From a virus, in the IMG/VR virus record IMGVR_UViG_3300017963_000271, positions 4,026 through 68,025 of that record: a stretch of DNA of 64,000 bases. One strand, given 5' to 3'. This document shows positions 18,101-29,500 of the stretch, piece after piece (position 1 is the stretch's first letter; each line of letters opens with the position of its first letter). The translations under genes were made by a program, and so were the position numbers. The notes below the pieces were generated by a model. The model saw only the letters and a list, made by a program, of their open reading frames with translations. It did not search any database and was not told the DNA's origin.

Positions 18101-18373
18101 CACCAATCCCGAGGCGTCAATAGAGGACACAGCTACTCTATTGCGCGTGATCAGGTTGGTTGAGTCGTATGTAGGTTGCTTATCCGTACCCGTTATGTGG
18201 GCAGGATAAGCCGTGGCTATCTGATCGGCGGACCATGAACCTTTATTGAACGTACAATTTCCAACCGAGGAGGTTAGCTGGAAAGTCTTATCCGATCCAT
18301 CACCCGTGAAGGTCTGGCGCAATATGATGTATACGGTTCGCGGCGCACCACCAAATATTGATACACTAGGCAT
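15164..18373 (-). CDS. Tail fibre / receptor-binding protein
   Basis: G/T/S/D-rich, NADLLDGQHGSYY fibre motif, internal duplications, a CBM-like segment. Confidence 0.8.
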   Translation of the reverse strand: MPSVSIFGGAPRTVYIILRQTFTGDGSDKTFQLTSSVGNCTFNKGSWSADQIATAYPAHITGTDKQPTYDSTNLITRNRVAVSSIDASGLVTLDYAPRNEVTFYVWYWYELSSNDEVTYYREDFVASMEEQGASIAGSINVDVTNFNNFLSAADTTVQAALETLDDILTSSELSQLQNINAVTITNTQWGYVGAMDQGVATTNSPSFSALSLGTGELTAGSVNRASGSLTLEIGGTAYLTVANTGISVTGNITAISGLTASRLVAADASKGLESVADLTTWLAGTANQVSVGDDGDGTATISLEQDIATGSSPTFTGLTLSGLTASRLVATGAGSALESVADLASWVAGTSNRITVANDGDGTITLSAPQDIHTGASPTFVALTLSQAIGTAPMTITSTTVVTNLNADLLDGQHGSYYAVSGGAEHDGFSDFVANEHIDHTSVTLTAGDGLTGGGDISANRTFAVGAGTGITVSADAVSLSHLGLESLTDPGADKILFWDDSETVSKWLGVGNSIAITTTTLDTIQDIRTSASPTFTGLSSGNVFAYEEQEDETGASWGPVYHGLSLADNQAFFRVEGVDLSPYADADNAYFIEVHDSAGKIAKGYMDVAGGGETLGSQLAPTSCCTDPDDDQDNTTGWVVINGSIASVAGGETGYCLELTTGSGYPAYFRKALTLEVGKLYKITYFVKAGTESDYKVYFRAGGAAIPTSAPDPATDEWVSHSIYIVVWDAGVDLRIASYAEAESGGTIYFDNISVKEVTDCATDGIRIVQAKGSATQSWADIEDGFNYNGSSYTFEVYKPLELGAGVDSVSLYLSPFDAYFTGDVTLGGNLILPDAGYIGTISDPNAIQIEADGDVVLTQDLSISGTGLLYVGADDTTVGTLTLYGGGTGADGGVIKLHLGADDDATISYYGIQIVEDDLLIGPNTDTDALKLDSNKDLYLTDGDLYVQSAGANGVALFGNGSMSLGINDSQRGQLYIYGDEGGETNGGIIWMYTSADHDTTIDNYRFTIVEDDLTIGPSNNTDLFKIDGGAGVVCFGTYAAKVSEAFAGYITIKDEAGNDRKVMICE

Positions 18374-18397
18374 TAATCTCTCCTGTGAGGATTGCCA

Positions 18398-18425
18398 TTC
18401 TATGTAGTATATATACTACATAGAA
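18398..18425. repeat. Perfect 28-bp palindrome
   Basis: TTCTATGTAGTATATATACTACATAGAA is its own reverse complement. Confidence 0.85.
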
Positions 18426-18430
18426 CCGCA

Positions 18431-18673
18431 TTATTGTCTTTTGTACTTCTTGCCCACAAGTATGGCATACTTGTCCTTGCGAAAAAGGCGATACCACTTT
18501 CGTTTCTGAAGCTCCTTTAAGCGCTTCACGGCCTCATCCTTATTATAGAACCGCCACGCCTGCGTGATAGCCGTGCAGAACAGTGCCTCATCATTAAGGA
18601 TGCCGGCGTAGTACATTCCGTCCTTGCGCCGGCGAATAAAGAAGAATGTCTTTGTTCGAGGTAGTCTAGGCAT
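18431..18673 (-). CDS. Basic hypothetical protein
   Basis: 80-aa ORF, GAGGTG RBS. Confidence 0.5.
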   Translation of the reverse strand: MPRLPRTKTFFFIRRRKDGMYYAGILNDEALFCTAITQAWRFYNKDEAVKRLKELQKRKWYRLFRKDKYAILVGKKYKRQ

Positions 18674-18683
18674 GATATCACCT

Positions 18684-19100
18684 CTAATAAAGTGTGAAGA
18701 TCTTTCTCATAAGATTCCAGAGTTGTCGATTAGTCAAAGCCTCATAGATCAGGTTCTCGTGCATAACGACCTGCTCTTCGTTCCAGTCGGGCTCTATGTG
18801 ATGCAGTAGCTCATGTATGAACACTTTCGGCAGGCTGCCATATCGGCGCCTGGATGGATTGATTTTGATTATAAATGCGATGGGCTTTCCATTCTCTGGA
18901 TCAAAATGCACTTGGTGCATTCCAGAGATGTTGCCCTTCACGCCATACTTTACCCATGTGATGTCGCCGTCCGGATCCACGAGATCTTTCTCAAACTGCA
19001 TCAACAATTTGTCACGATGATGTTCCAGCGCGTAGTAAAACCTTCGCAGATATAAAGAGGCTTCACTGTAGCACATCTTCTTGCTGCGAAAAGTGTTCAT
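18684..19100 (-). CDS. HEXXH zincin-like protein
   Basis: FIHELLHH...EEQV. Confidence 0.6.
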   Translation of the reverse strand: MNTFRSKKMCYSEASLYLRRFYYALEHHRDKLLMQFEKDLVDPDGDITWVKYGVKGNISGMHQVHFDPENGKPIAFIIKINPSRRRYGSLPKVFIHELLHHIEPDWNEEQVVMHENLIYEALTNRQLWNLMRKIFTLY

Positions 19101-19108
19101 GATATCTC

Positions 19109-19474
19109 CTATGCTGGAGTATCAAATGCAATACTGTCCGGATTGCCCACAACCTTTAAGTAATTGGTCGCTGCGGCAAAGGCGAATATACACTCTCCAA
19201 CTGCGTCCAGAGTAGCCCGTGGGTTTGTGCCGTCCCACGTCCAGCCAGAAGAAAGCTGCACTGTTACAGCATTATCCACGTTAGACGCATAGATGATGTA
19301 TAGCTTCCCCACGGTTGGGGTCCAATTGGTGATCGCCACGGTGTTGTCATCGCCATCCAGGATCACAAACTCTGAGGGGAAGTCCGCGTCAGAGAGGTTA
19401 GTGTCGCTTGTGTAGGTCGTGGCGACTTCAGTTTCTGTCTCGGCGTCAATGCCGAATCTTGACGTTCCAGTCAT
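19109..19474 (-). CDS. Putative virion (fibre-tip-like) protein
   Basis: Beta-rich T/D composition; structural cluster. Confidence 0.5.
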   Translation of the reverse strand: MTGTSRFGIDAETETEVATTYTSDTNLSDADFPSEFVILDGDDNTVAITNWTPTVGKLYIIYASNVDNAVTVQLSSGWTWDGTNPRATLDAVGECIFAFAAATNYLKVVGNPDSIAFDTPA

Positions 19475-19483
19475 GTCTCCCTC

Positions 19484-19867
19484 CTAAGTTGTAGTCCAAA
19501 CGCCATTCGCGCCGATGATCTGCCAATGCGTGGCTGATACCAATCTAATGGCAATACTGGCGATAGTATTATCGTCACTGTAGATAGTACCTCCCGCGTT
19601 GGAGTCATCTATCGTGTCGCTGTCAGCCGCGTCAATGGTGAGCTTGCCCGTGTTGATGTTGATGAACGTGAATTCCGTGCCTATATCCGCCGCCGCCACA
19701 GAGGGCAGTGTGAACGTCTTGTTAGACGAGGAATTCATAATCAACGTCTTGCCGGACTGATCCAATGTGACAGTGTGGTTGTCGGTGTACGTCACATCAC
19801 CCCACTGCACACGCGGATCTTTTATGTAGGGTCCCACCACGACCTCTACTCCATTAATGATAAGCAT
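19484..19867 (-). CDS. Putative virion protein (tail-fibre-like beta domain)
   Basis: TFTLPSVAAADIGTEFTFIN...W motif common in fibre domains; ATG 19867 after GGAGG. Confidence 0.55.
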   Translation of the reverse strand: MLIINGVEVVVGPYIKDPRVQWGDVTYTDNHTVTLDQSGKTLIMNSSSNKTFTLPSVAAADIGTEFTFININTGKLTIDAADSDTIDDSNAGGTIYSDDNTIASIAIRLVSATHWQIIGANGVWTTT

Positions 19868-20008
19868 GCTGTGTCCTCCAATTGTCAATCTATTGTCAAC
19901 GTCGCGTTGTTCACGATTGTCAACTTGTGATTGTCGAGTATAGATTATAGATTATTTACTTACTTACAGTAAGTAAATACAAAGCAAATCGAACCAGGGC
20001 GAATCGAA

Positions 20009-20593
20009 CTATGCCTGCATCCTGGCTGCCCAGACTTCCAAGCCCCACGTTTTCGTGTTCGTATTGGCCCACGTGAATTTCACGATGTCCTCTGCTGCCA
20101 TGGGAATAGCCGGCTCGTAGATCTGGATGATGTCCTGCACGTTGAGCATGCTGTCATCGTAGATTTTGACGTCAAACTGCGATCCCTTGTCGGCATCAAC
20201 CAGGCACTCAAGATCTTCATCCGTAGAGGATGCGGCATCCAGGTGAAGTTTGAATCCCAAGAACAACCAATCGGTGTCATACTTCACGCCGGGAAACCAT
20301 AGATCTGAACTGGCGACTGTTTCATCCGCGCTCGGATATCCGTCACCGGTCACGTCGATGTTGATGACGTTGGTGTCCACAGAATGGATCCTGCGCATGC
20401 CGTCAAAGTTCGTTGTGCCTTGGATGTAGATCAGGCTGCCGGCAAGCAAACCGTGACCGGTAATGTCGAGTTCTGCCAGGACCAGATCCACACCGCCTGC
20501 CTGATCAGTCTTACTCCCGTCATTCAGCGTGCCGTTCATAGCAGCAGCACCCTTGAAGAAAAATTTGTCCCAAAGTCTATTACCGTAGTACAT
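20009..20593 (-). CDS. Putative virion protein
   Basis: GHGLLAGSLIYIQGTTNFDG beta-barrel motif; ATG just after the giant gene's stop. Confidence 0.5.
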   Translation of the reverse strand: MYYGNRLWDKFFFKGAAAMNGTLNDGSKTDQAGGVDLVLAELDITGHGLLAGSLIYIQGTTNFDGMRRIHSVDTNVINIDVTGDGYPSADETVASSDLWFPGVKYDTDWLFLGFKLHLDAASSTDEDLECLVDADKGSQFDVKIYDDSMLNVQDIIQIYEPAIPMAAEDIVKFTWANTNTKTWGLEVWAARMQA

Positions 20594-20594
20594 C

Positions 20595-23500
20595 TTACTC
20601 CTCCTCTTCAAACCTGAAATAGGTTGATGGTATCTCCCCGCTTTCCGGGGGTTGCTCTCTTATTGGTCCGTAGGTCGTAGCGGGAATTACCGAGTCGGCA
20701 ATCATCTTCGACAACACGTACCATTTTTCCTGTTTGGATCTCGCGGCCATGTATTCCTCGTAGTACATCCATCCGTATCTACGAGACAGGGCCACAAGCA
20801 TATTGCGATCCACGGCATCCGGCTTGAGGGCCATAGCCACGAAATGCTTCTGCTCCAGCGGTTCTTCATTGACGAGTTTGGCCACGCCCTCCTTGGCATC
20901 AAGCAGCGTGCGGGCGTTCTCGCGTTGGATCTCTTTCTTGCCGCGCCGGATCTCCTCACGTTTGCCATAATCACTGACCTTGAGAAACCGGCCGATGATA
21001 TTACTAGCGCCGGGCTCGTCTGGCAGCTTGATCATCCAGTCGGCAACCTTGCTATTGATCGGGAAGCCCAGGACAGTCTCGAGCTCCTCAGCTACCTTCT
21101 CTACCTCATCATAGCGAAAGCGATAGACAATCGACGCGCCCATCTTGTTGAGAAGGTACATACCGAATTGCTTATGCGACCTGGCATCTCGCGCCAGGAA
21201 CACTTGCTCGTCAACAGCGTGGCGGCCGTAAAAATTATCATAGGGATTATTCCCCCCAGCGTATTCCACAATAGCAGCAACCACATCAATAGCAGGGTTC
21301 CACGTAGGAGCCTGACCGGCCATGTAGTCGCCGAGTTTGAGCGCCGCATCCGCGAAGCCGAAGTCCTTGCCCCGGAGAAGCAGCGAGAATACGCCGCCCA
21401 GGAAGCGTGAAGTCTCATCAGTAGGAATACGGAGATACACAGACTTCCCAGATTTAGTAAGTCCCAGAGGGATACAGATATAGTTGAGAAAATCATAAGT
21501 AGACACGCCTCGCATCACACGACTAAGTTTTGATTCTTCATCGTCCCCATCCAAGAAACCCCAGAGTATAGCGGCCATAAGCAGCTTAGGCACGAATATG
21601 AAGGCCATCTTCTTCATCCACCACGCCTTAGGATCCTCCTTCATCGCCACAACATCGCCGCGATAGCCTTCCTTCATGGCATTGGAGAAAAGCAGCAGAT
21701 TGTTGTAAATGGAGTGTGCGCGGCCGGAGCGTAAAAAATCTGGAGATCCACCCCGCGTCCGTACGATATGAGCAATGGCGTCCTGTGGCATATCCGGGAA
21801 TTTATCCTTCATATACGTGTAAGACGCGACTTTGGTTGTACGCTCCAAGGCCCTTCCCACGCCGGCGAAGTAATATTCCCCGACCTTAGCGATATTGCTG
21901 ACGTAATTGAACAGGTGCCCAAATGGTCTCAGGATCTTGGTATCGTAAGCCTTCCCAGGCATCATATGGTGCATCTTTAACAGGCGCTCAATCTGCTTAT
22001 CTTCGGGTAACAGTCCACGCACGTCTGCGATAGAGATCAACATGTTGCCGTCTTGCATCTCCTTGATGACATCATCCGGTATGCCGAAGACGCTGCGAAA
22101 TGCCGGTTTGATACCCTTCAGGTAGTTCTTCGTGAAGGATAAGACGCCAGCTTTAGGCAACGACATATAGGCGCGCTGCAAGTCTCGGAAGAATGCATTG
22201 AATACCCAGAACCCATAGTTGATCTCTGTAAACACCATCCTGAACGGCTTGGCCAGCACACTTAGCCCCTTAGCAATTGCTGAGGAGTGATAGGGATTCT
22301 GTGTGAACATGTCGGCCAGCTCACGATTGATGTAATAGCCACAAGCCTTGCCTTTATCCAAGTAGACCAATAGGCCTTGATCCTTGCGCGTTGGTTCCTG
22401 GATAGCTTGGAAGCGGCCATTCCACTTCTTTTTGGCGGGTTCTATTTTGACATCCGGTAATGCTTCCTGATGCTCCAAGTAAAACTTCACGATAGACTTG
22501 ATCGCAATGTTCCTGTTTACAGAATGAATAAACGATATATCCTTCAAGATCGTGGCTGTAGCCGGGTTGAATATCTTCTTGAACGTACCGATCTGCTGGA
22601 AGACGCGCATGCCGGCAGCCGTACCATAGCGATCCATGAAGTAGTCCTTCGCACTAAAAGATACGTACTGCTCACGCTCCCGGAACAGTTTGACAAGCTC
22701 CGTGTCATACACCTGGGCAGCCTCTGCCTTGTCGAGAAAGTACTGTTTGTGTATGGCCCGGAAGTTATCCAGTGCCTCTCGCAATTTGCCCCATTGATAT
22801 TCTGTGAGCTCTTCGTCTTTCATGGCATTGATTTTCTCGAGAGCAGTCTCTGCGTCCCACCCCTCGGGATTGGCCATGGCATAGCGTTCAAACACGATGC
22901 GCTCGAGAAATGCCAACAGACCAAACTCACGATCCCATTCCAAGTTGGCTTCTTTCAGAGGCTTGAGGACATTATTCATAACCATGGTCAGCATGCCCTC
23001 GATCTCAGAGCCGGAATAAACCATGTTTTCGACTTTGTAGCGCGGGTTGTCCTCGGGCGAGATTTGTCCTTCTCCTACGCGCTTGATGTCTTTCAATAAG
23101 TAGTGGTAGGCGTCAAAGGTATCGCGCTTCAGGTTATCCCAGAAATTACTGCGGTCCCAGTCCTTCTTCATCAGCTCATAGTATTTGTCATTGCCGTCAT
23201 CAAACATCCGATAAATGGACATGGTCCGCTCACGATCAATCTCCCCGCTGCGGATGAGGTATTGAATCTCGTTGTACTCATCCCGGAATTCGGGCTTGGT
23301 ATCCAACCAGGAGAAGAAGGCCTCGTAGAATTTGGGGGCCATACGCCGGAGCATTTGAGGACTATTCAGCAGCACAGAAAGCGCATCAGCGTAAAGTTCA
23401 TTTGAGCTGTAACGATAGGCCGTGTACTTGGGATCTGCGGCCGCATCAAAGGGCTTCCACAGATGCGTGAGCCGGATAAGCTCCTCGCGGATTTCCGTAG

Positions 23501-26500
23501 CAACCCACAATTGCCGGCGCCGTATCTCCTCTTCGACCAGCCTGGCGTACTTCTCCGCGATGGTCTTTTCGGGCAGCTCCTCCGGGACTTCGATCTTACG
23601 GCCGGTGGGTTCCTGAATCTTCTTAGCGAAACGCTGGACTTCACTGGGGACCCGGCCCTTCAGAGCCGCTTTGACCAGGAGCTTCTTGGCGGCTGTATTG
23701 AGCGTGGCGATATACGCGTAGAGCTTAGGGCTCAGCAGTTTAGCCTTCTCAATGGCGTTCCAGATCGCCAGAACGTCATCCGGCGTAATCGGGAGCTCCT
23801 TGGTAATCATTTCGTCGATCAGTTTGGTTCGGCCCTTCCCAGCCTCCAATAGACGCTTAGCTTCGAGCCTGAGCCGCCTCCTGTCCTCCTCAGTAAGCTC
23901 TCCGGGGGCACCGGGATGGTGAGGTAGGGTCCGCTTGAGATATCGCCTCAGCGTGGCGATACGGCCCAAAATATTGCCTCTGCCCATTTCCTTTGAGGGC
24001 AGCCAATCAATAAGGTGGCCGATTTCGTGGGCCAGGACCAGCTTTGCCTGCGCCGGATCCTTGAAAAGATCTGCCCGGATCTTCATCATCTCTGGGTGTC
24101 CCGGGATGAACATACCACGGGTAGTGGCCTTTCGGAATTTGAGCACAACCTGTGGTAGTTGGCCTTGCATTAATTTCTCGGCTAAACGCACTAGTTCTGG
24201 CAGGCGCAGCAAATTCAGATTGTCGCGCTTCCAGTCCGGATCATTCTCAGGGTCCGGCTGTTGGAATTCCTCGTCAAATTGGTCCCCGCGGTCCTTGAGG
24301 ACTTTCTTATCATCGACTTTGAGCCGGTCCTCGGAATACGGGTCCTGGAGATCTACTGTTTCACCAGCGGGTGCCTCTTCGGAATATCTAATAGTAGTGC
24401 TGTACAGGAGTTCTCCTTCATCGGGACCGATTTTGATCCCGCTTTCTCTAGCCACTTCATTATAGAAGTCAGGTAATCGGGCTTCCCACTCGGCTCCCGC
24501 AATTTCTCCTTCGGCATAGATTTTCTCTCCTTTTGTCTTTCCATGGAATTTGAGTATATGTTTCTTGTAGTCAGCCTTGGCTGTGTCAAAGTCGGCCTCT
24601 ACATCGCCCAGGAATTCGGCGTGCACTATGGAGTGCTCAAGCGTGCCTTCCTTGCCGGCGCTTTTGTAGAGTGTATCCAGCCGGTCCTTGAGAGCTTCTT
24701 CCTCCATGGCGTTGCTGGGCACGAAGTAATCAAAATGATAATTGGCGCCGTCATGCCGCAGCACGTAATCCGGCAGCTGGGCCTTTCGTAATGATCGGCC
24801 TATTTTTCCGAGATCCTTTTCCTTGAATTGAAATCGGACGCGTACCCCATTAGGCGCATACTCTGAATGCATCAAAATGACGTTGCGCTGTCCCCGCCGC
24901 ACGCCTACCGTATCGCTCAAAGCTGCGCGTATGGCAGACAGATTACCCTTGACATCTGCCATCAGGCCATACTCCACATTGTTGGCGGTGGCAGCTCCTG
25001 CTTTGGCCAGCGTAGGATAATACTTGGAGATAGTGATAGGGTAATCCTTTATGGCGCCCTGGAGATACTGATGGAAATTAGACGCCAGCCGAGGAACAAC
25101 AGCCTTCACCTCGTCGAGGTCAGTCGGCAATTCAATAGCCGTATTGACCATATCCGACACGCCAAGAGTAGCTTCAACAGGGTGCTCCTCCACGGGCACT
25201 TCATCGAACGTGTATATAACATCCGTGTGTTCTCCGATTTTGCCGCGGAACCCCTTGAAGTCGCCCGTCTCATAAATGACATTGGCCAGTGCGTTGGGAT
25301 AGATCTGCTGCACTGTACGTTTGCCAGCTTTTACTTCCGGGTCTGTCTTGGCGCGCTCTAGTGCTACGATTCGGTAGTCAAGCTTGTCGTCTACCAGATC
25401 ATAGATCTCATCCTGGTAGATGGTAGTAAGATGTGGCTCAGCATCCCAGAAAAAAGATTCCCGTCGCGTGGCCCCAGGATACCAGTGACCAAGCGGGATA
25501 TACGGATTTTGCTCAGTATGAGCATCCATGTGTGCTTGAACCGAATTCCTGGACCAGGGCCTGGGTTGATCGCCTTCCTTTTTGTGCGTCAATTCCTCCA
25601 AGCGGCGTTCCTGACCATCATCGAGAGGCCTGCCAAATAAATCCATAGTTTCTGTGCGTTGTTGCAGAGCATTCAATTCTTTATTTTCAGCAGCCGTAAG
25701 TTTGGCCGGACGGTCCGCACCGCGAATCATATAATAGAGACCCTTACCAAAATGGACCATTTGCTGCGGCTCCGCGGTTAGCGCCGTGAACATGGCTCGA
25801 CCTAGACTCTTTTTAGGAGCCGCTTGTATAGCCTCCTCGAAATGCGTGGCGGTCCCAGTATATCCAGCGCCTGTAGCGAACCACAAAGCTGCCTGGATCC
25901 CAGCGGGCGGGATGTCCATCTGCTTGGATACTTCCAAAACGTCATCCACTATCTGCCGGCGCAGTGCCTTAGATACGCGGAAGCCACCCCACATGATGTT
26001 GTAACCCCAGAGGCGAGGCATATGCCGATCAATAACTACATTCTCATCCTGGGCGCGCGGGTACAGCATGGAATAAACCATGGCACCGATCTTGTCGCCA
26101 TAGAATTGTTGATAATCGGCCAGTTCTTTAAACTTTCCTTTATCTTGACCCTTCCACACAAAGTTGATTTTCTTGGCGTCATCCTTGCTTATACCAAGAC
26201 CGTTACCGCCACGAACGACGCCCTTTTTCTCTAGCCGCTTGACAACAGCGCCAGTAATGGTCTGCGCACCTTGAGGCGATGCAGCCTTAGAGACTATGGC
26301 CTGGATCTTTTTAACGCGCTCGATCTCGTTCTTGGGGATCACGCCTTCCCAATGGCCCATGAACTGGTTCCAGTTTTCGTACCAGGGAGCCTCATGTTTG
26401 TACTGTTCTACCAATTCAGTAAGCTTCTGAATGCGGAGTTTCTTAGTCTTGGGCAGAATGGGCCGATCCATGACCAGATACTTAATACCGTCTACTGTCC

Positions 26501-29500
26501 GAAAGTGCTCAGTGACAGTCCGCATACCATAAAGCCGTTTGACCGTGCGCTTCCTGGCAGTATCAGATTTGCGGGCCGGACCATAGATAGTGCCAGTTGT
26601 CTTTCCAACAGATACTAAAAAGGGCTTGGCAAAAGGGCCACGACCAACGCCGACACCACTCTTCTCGAGAGCTTTGAGGTGTTCAGTAAGCCTCTCACCT
26701 TCGAGCGGCGCTTTTTCAGTAGGAACCAGTTTGGCTTTGGGCGCACGCTTCTTTTTGAAGAGGCCTATCTGCTCTTTCTTCTCTTCAAACAAGACGCGCT
26801 TGGCGCTGACACGCTCACCCATTTCCAAGCCGCGCGCCATTTCCTCACTCTTGGCAGTGATGCCGACCATCTGAGCTGTGCTGCGGGCGATATAACGCTC
26901 ATCCGCCTGTATAGCATCATAGATGACGCGATCCTTCACAAGCTTTTCGAGTGTAGTACGGCCTTTCATACTCAGCGTGTTGGCTACCTGCGGGCTAATA
27001 TACGCAACCACACGACTGGAGCCGAATGTCGCAGCCTGCTCACGCAGCACATCGGCGACTTCATTGGCATAGAAATCTTCCAGTGTCGTGTAAGGCGTCA
27101 CTTGTAAGGCGCGCACAGTTCCTTGAGAAGTAGTATAGAAAAAGGCCACGGTATTAGGCGGCTCGAATAGGCTCAGCCCCAAAGCGACTACTTGCTTCCG
27201 CGCCTCTTTGCCAGCTATCTTTTCACCAAGCAACGGGTGCGGGCGCGAGGGTTTTAGAAGCTTGTCTTCCCATCCGCGCTGTTCCGCCTCAGGTAATCGG
27301 AATGTGCGAATACGCAGGCTTCCAGGTTCGGTAGGACTCTTCTCGATAGTAGAGTACGTGCCAGAATTAATGATGACATGACCTTTGAACTCTTTCACGA
27401 AACGGAATGCGCGCGAAGTAGCTACAATATCTTCGTCAGATGGTTTAGTAACGCCGCTTGGATGATTATGTAAGAGGTATACTGAATCTGCACCAGTCTT
27501 TTTGATTATCTCTTTCGCGCGGATTCCAAAAGAAGGCCAATCCTCATCAATAAAAGCTTCGGTGATCCCGGCCTTACGAGCAGAAACTGCCTCATGCGAT
27601 ACGACTTTACCAGCTTTCACGTAGATAACATGGGATACTTCGTACAAGGGGTTGCGTGCAATCTGGGCCATCTGGGCAATCCGCAATGTACTCCCGGCCT
27701 CTTTGCCCTTGAACGTGTAGACCGGCTCGGTCCATTCTTCATTGATGCCGACACCTAGAGTTTTGAATTGCTCCTTGACATAATCAGTCACGCTCTTGGG
27801 CTTCAGCTTGGGAAGTTCTTCCTGCTGCTGCTTTTCCGTGATAGCGCGAATTTCTGCATTGGCAGTCTCAGCAACCGGTATGCGCGCGGGAATCTCTTTA
27901 TCGAGCTGTGCCTTAGCGAAATCCAAAACGTCTCGGTAGAACTTCTCATGTATCTCCGGGTTGGTCAGGTACGAACGAACGACAAGGTTTTCATCTAGGT
28001 CGCGTTCGTCAGCCGACTCGATCTGACTAGCCAGCTCTGTACCTTCATACAACGCGAGGTTGTATACATTAACGTGGGAGATAATATCGTCGTTTTTCTT
28101 CAGGAAGTCTAGCGTGCGCCCGTAGGTCTGCGGCGTTTCGGACCAGAACTTGCCACTCTTCTCCTTGCCCGCAAGCCCAACAAGGACATTGGGTACGAAT
28201 CCCATTCCGAGATCACGTATCTTTTGGACAGCAGCGTCCAACTGCTTCGTTCGATGTGGCTTATTAATACGAGCGAGTATGTCATCGTTGTAGCTCTCCA
28301 TTCCCAGCTCTACAAAGCGGACACCGACTTGCTTCAGGAAGTCCGGATCCAGTTTCAGGAAGGCGGGGGCTGTCGTTTGGATAATGAATCCCTGGAAGTC
28401 AGGATTAAATTTCCGGATCCGGTCTGCAATAGATGCAAGATAATTTGCGTTAGGTGCCTGGCCGAAGGTCTTGTCGTCCAGATAGACAAGTTTGAACTTC
28501 ATGCCCTTGAACTGCTCAACCTGTTCGTCAATACTGGCCTGCGGCATAGCCTCGACTTTCTTAGGCACCACACAGAACGCGCACTTGTGAGCGCAACCTG
28601 TAGACATGCAGAGTCTAGGAATAGTACGTGTGCCCTGGAAATGGCGCTGGTCATACCCGAACTTGTACTCATAGCCAAGAGCCTTAGCAGCCGACTCGAG
28701 AGACTCGTGGAATTCGATGTTCGACACGCCCTTGAAGTACGCCGGGTCCACATAGCCGCCAACGATAACGCGGCCTTTAAAGTTCTGAGCGATGCGCTTG
28801 ATGACTTCCTTGTTGACATCCATGGCACTAAATAGGATGGTGTCAAAGCCGCGCGCATTCATTTGTTCCGCAGCGGTTTCGGGGTTACGCACTACCACAG
28901 CGGCGGCATCATCAAAGGTGTTAGCGGCGACGACTAACCATTCAGGAACTTCCCAGAAATCAACCGGGCGCCAATAACCACCGCGCTTAGCGTAAAGCTT
29001 GTTGAAATAGTCTTCGGCCACATAGGTCTCACCTTCACGCCTAGTGGCTATGGTGGCTATCTGAACAAGCGCTGTTTTGGTACGTCCTTTCTTAGGATCA
29101 ATGAATAAGTTGGTATTCTGCGCTGATCCTTGAAGCGCTTCGTTGTAATCACGACCAATAGAATATTCAGGACCTTCTTTTGGAAGAAGGCTCTCGGCAC
29201 CTTCCCGCAGAAGAGTCTCTTCAATAGTTGCTGCGTTCTCGTCGAAGATGACATAGTTGTAAGCCTTTTCTCCCGGCTTACCTTTTTTGCGCCGCGTAAG
29301 AGTCTCAGTAGGATAGCGAATACCATCTACGCCAGCGCGGAGCAGGAACATAGATACCTCTTGACGCGGGTTTGCCACCGCGGGTATCTCTTCCCAGCGC
29401 ATTCCTTTATCCTTAACAAGAGAATCCCTGTATGTATCCGTCAGCCATTCATAAAGGAATCGCCCAGTAGGAGACATGTCCGGCGTAAGCACGCGCGCCA

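Noticed and set aside
15164-18373. Diversity-generating retroelement acting on the tail fibre
   Set aside because: No reverse transcriptase in the window; the repeats are divergent protein-level duplications, not adenine-specific TR/VR pairs.
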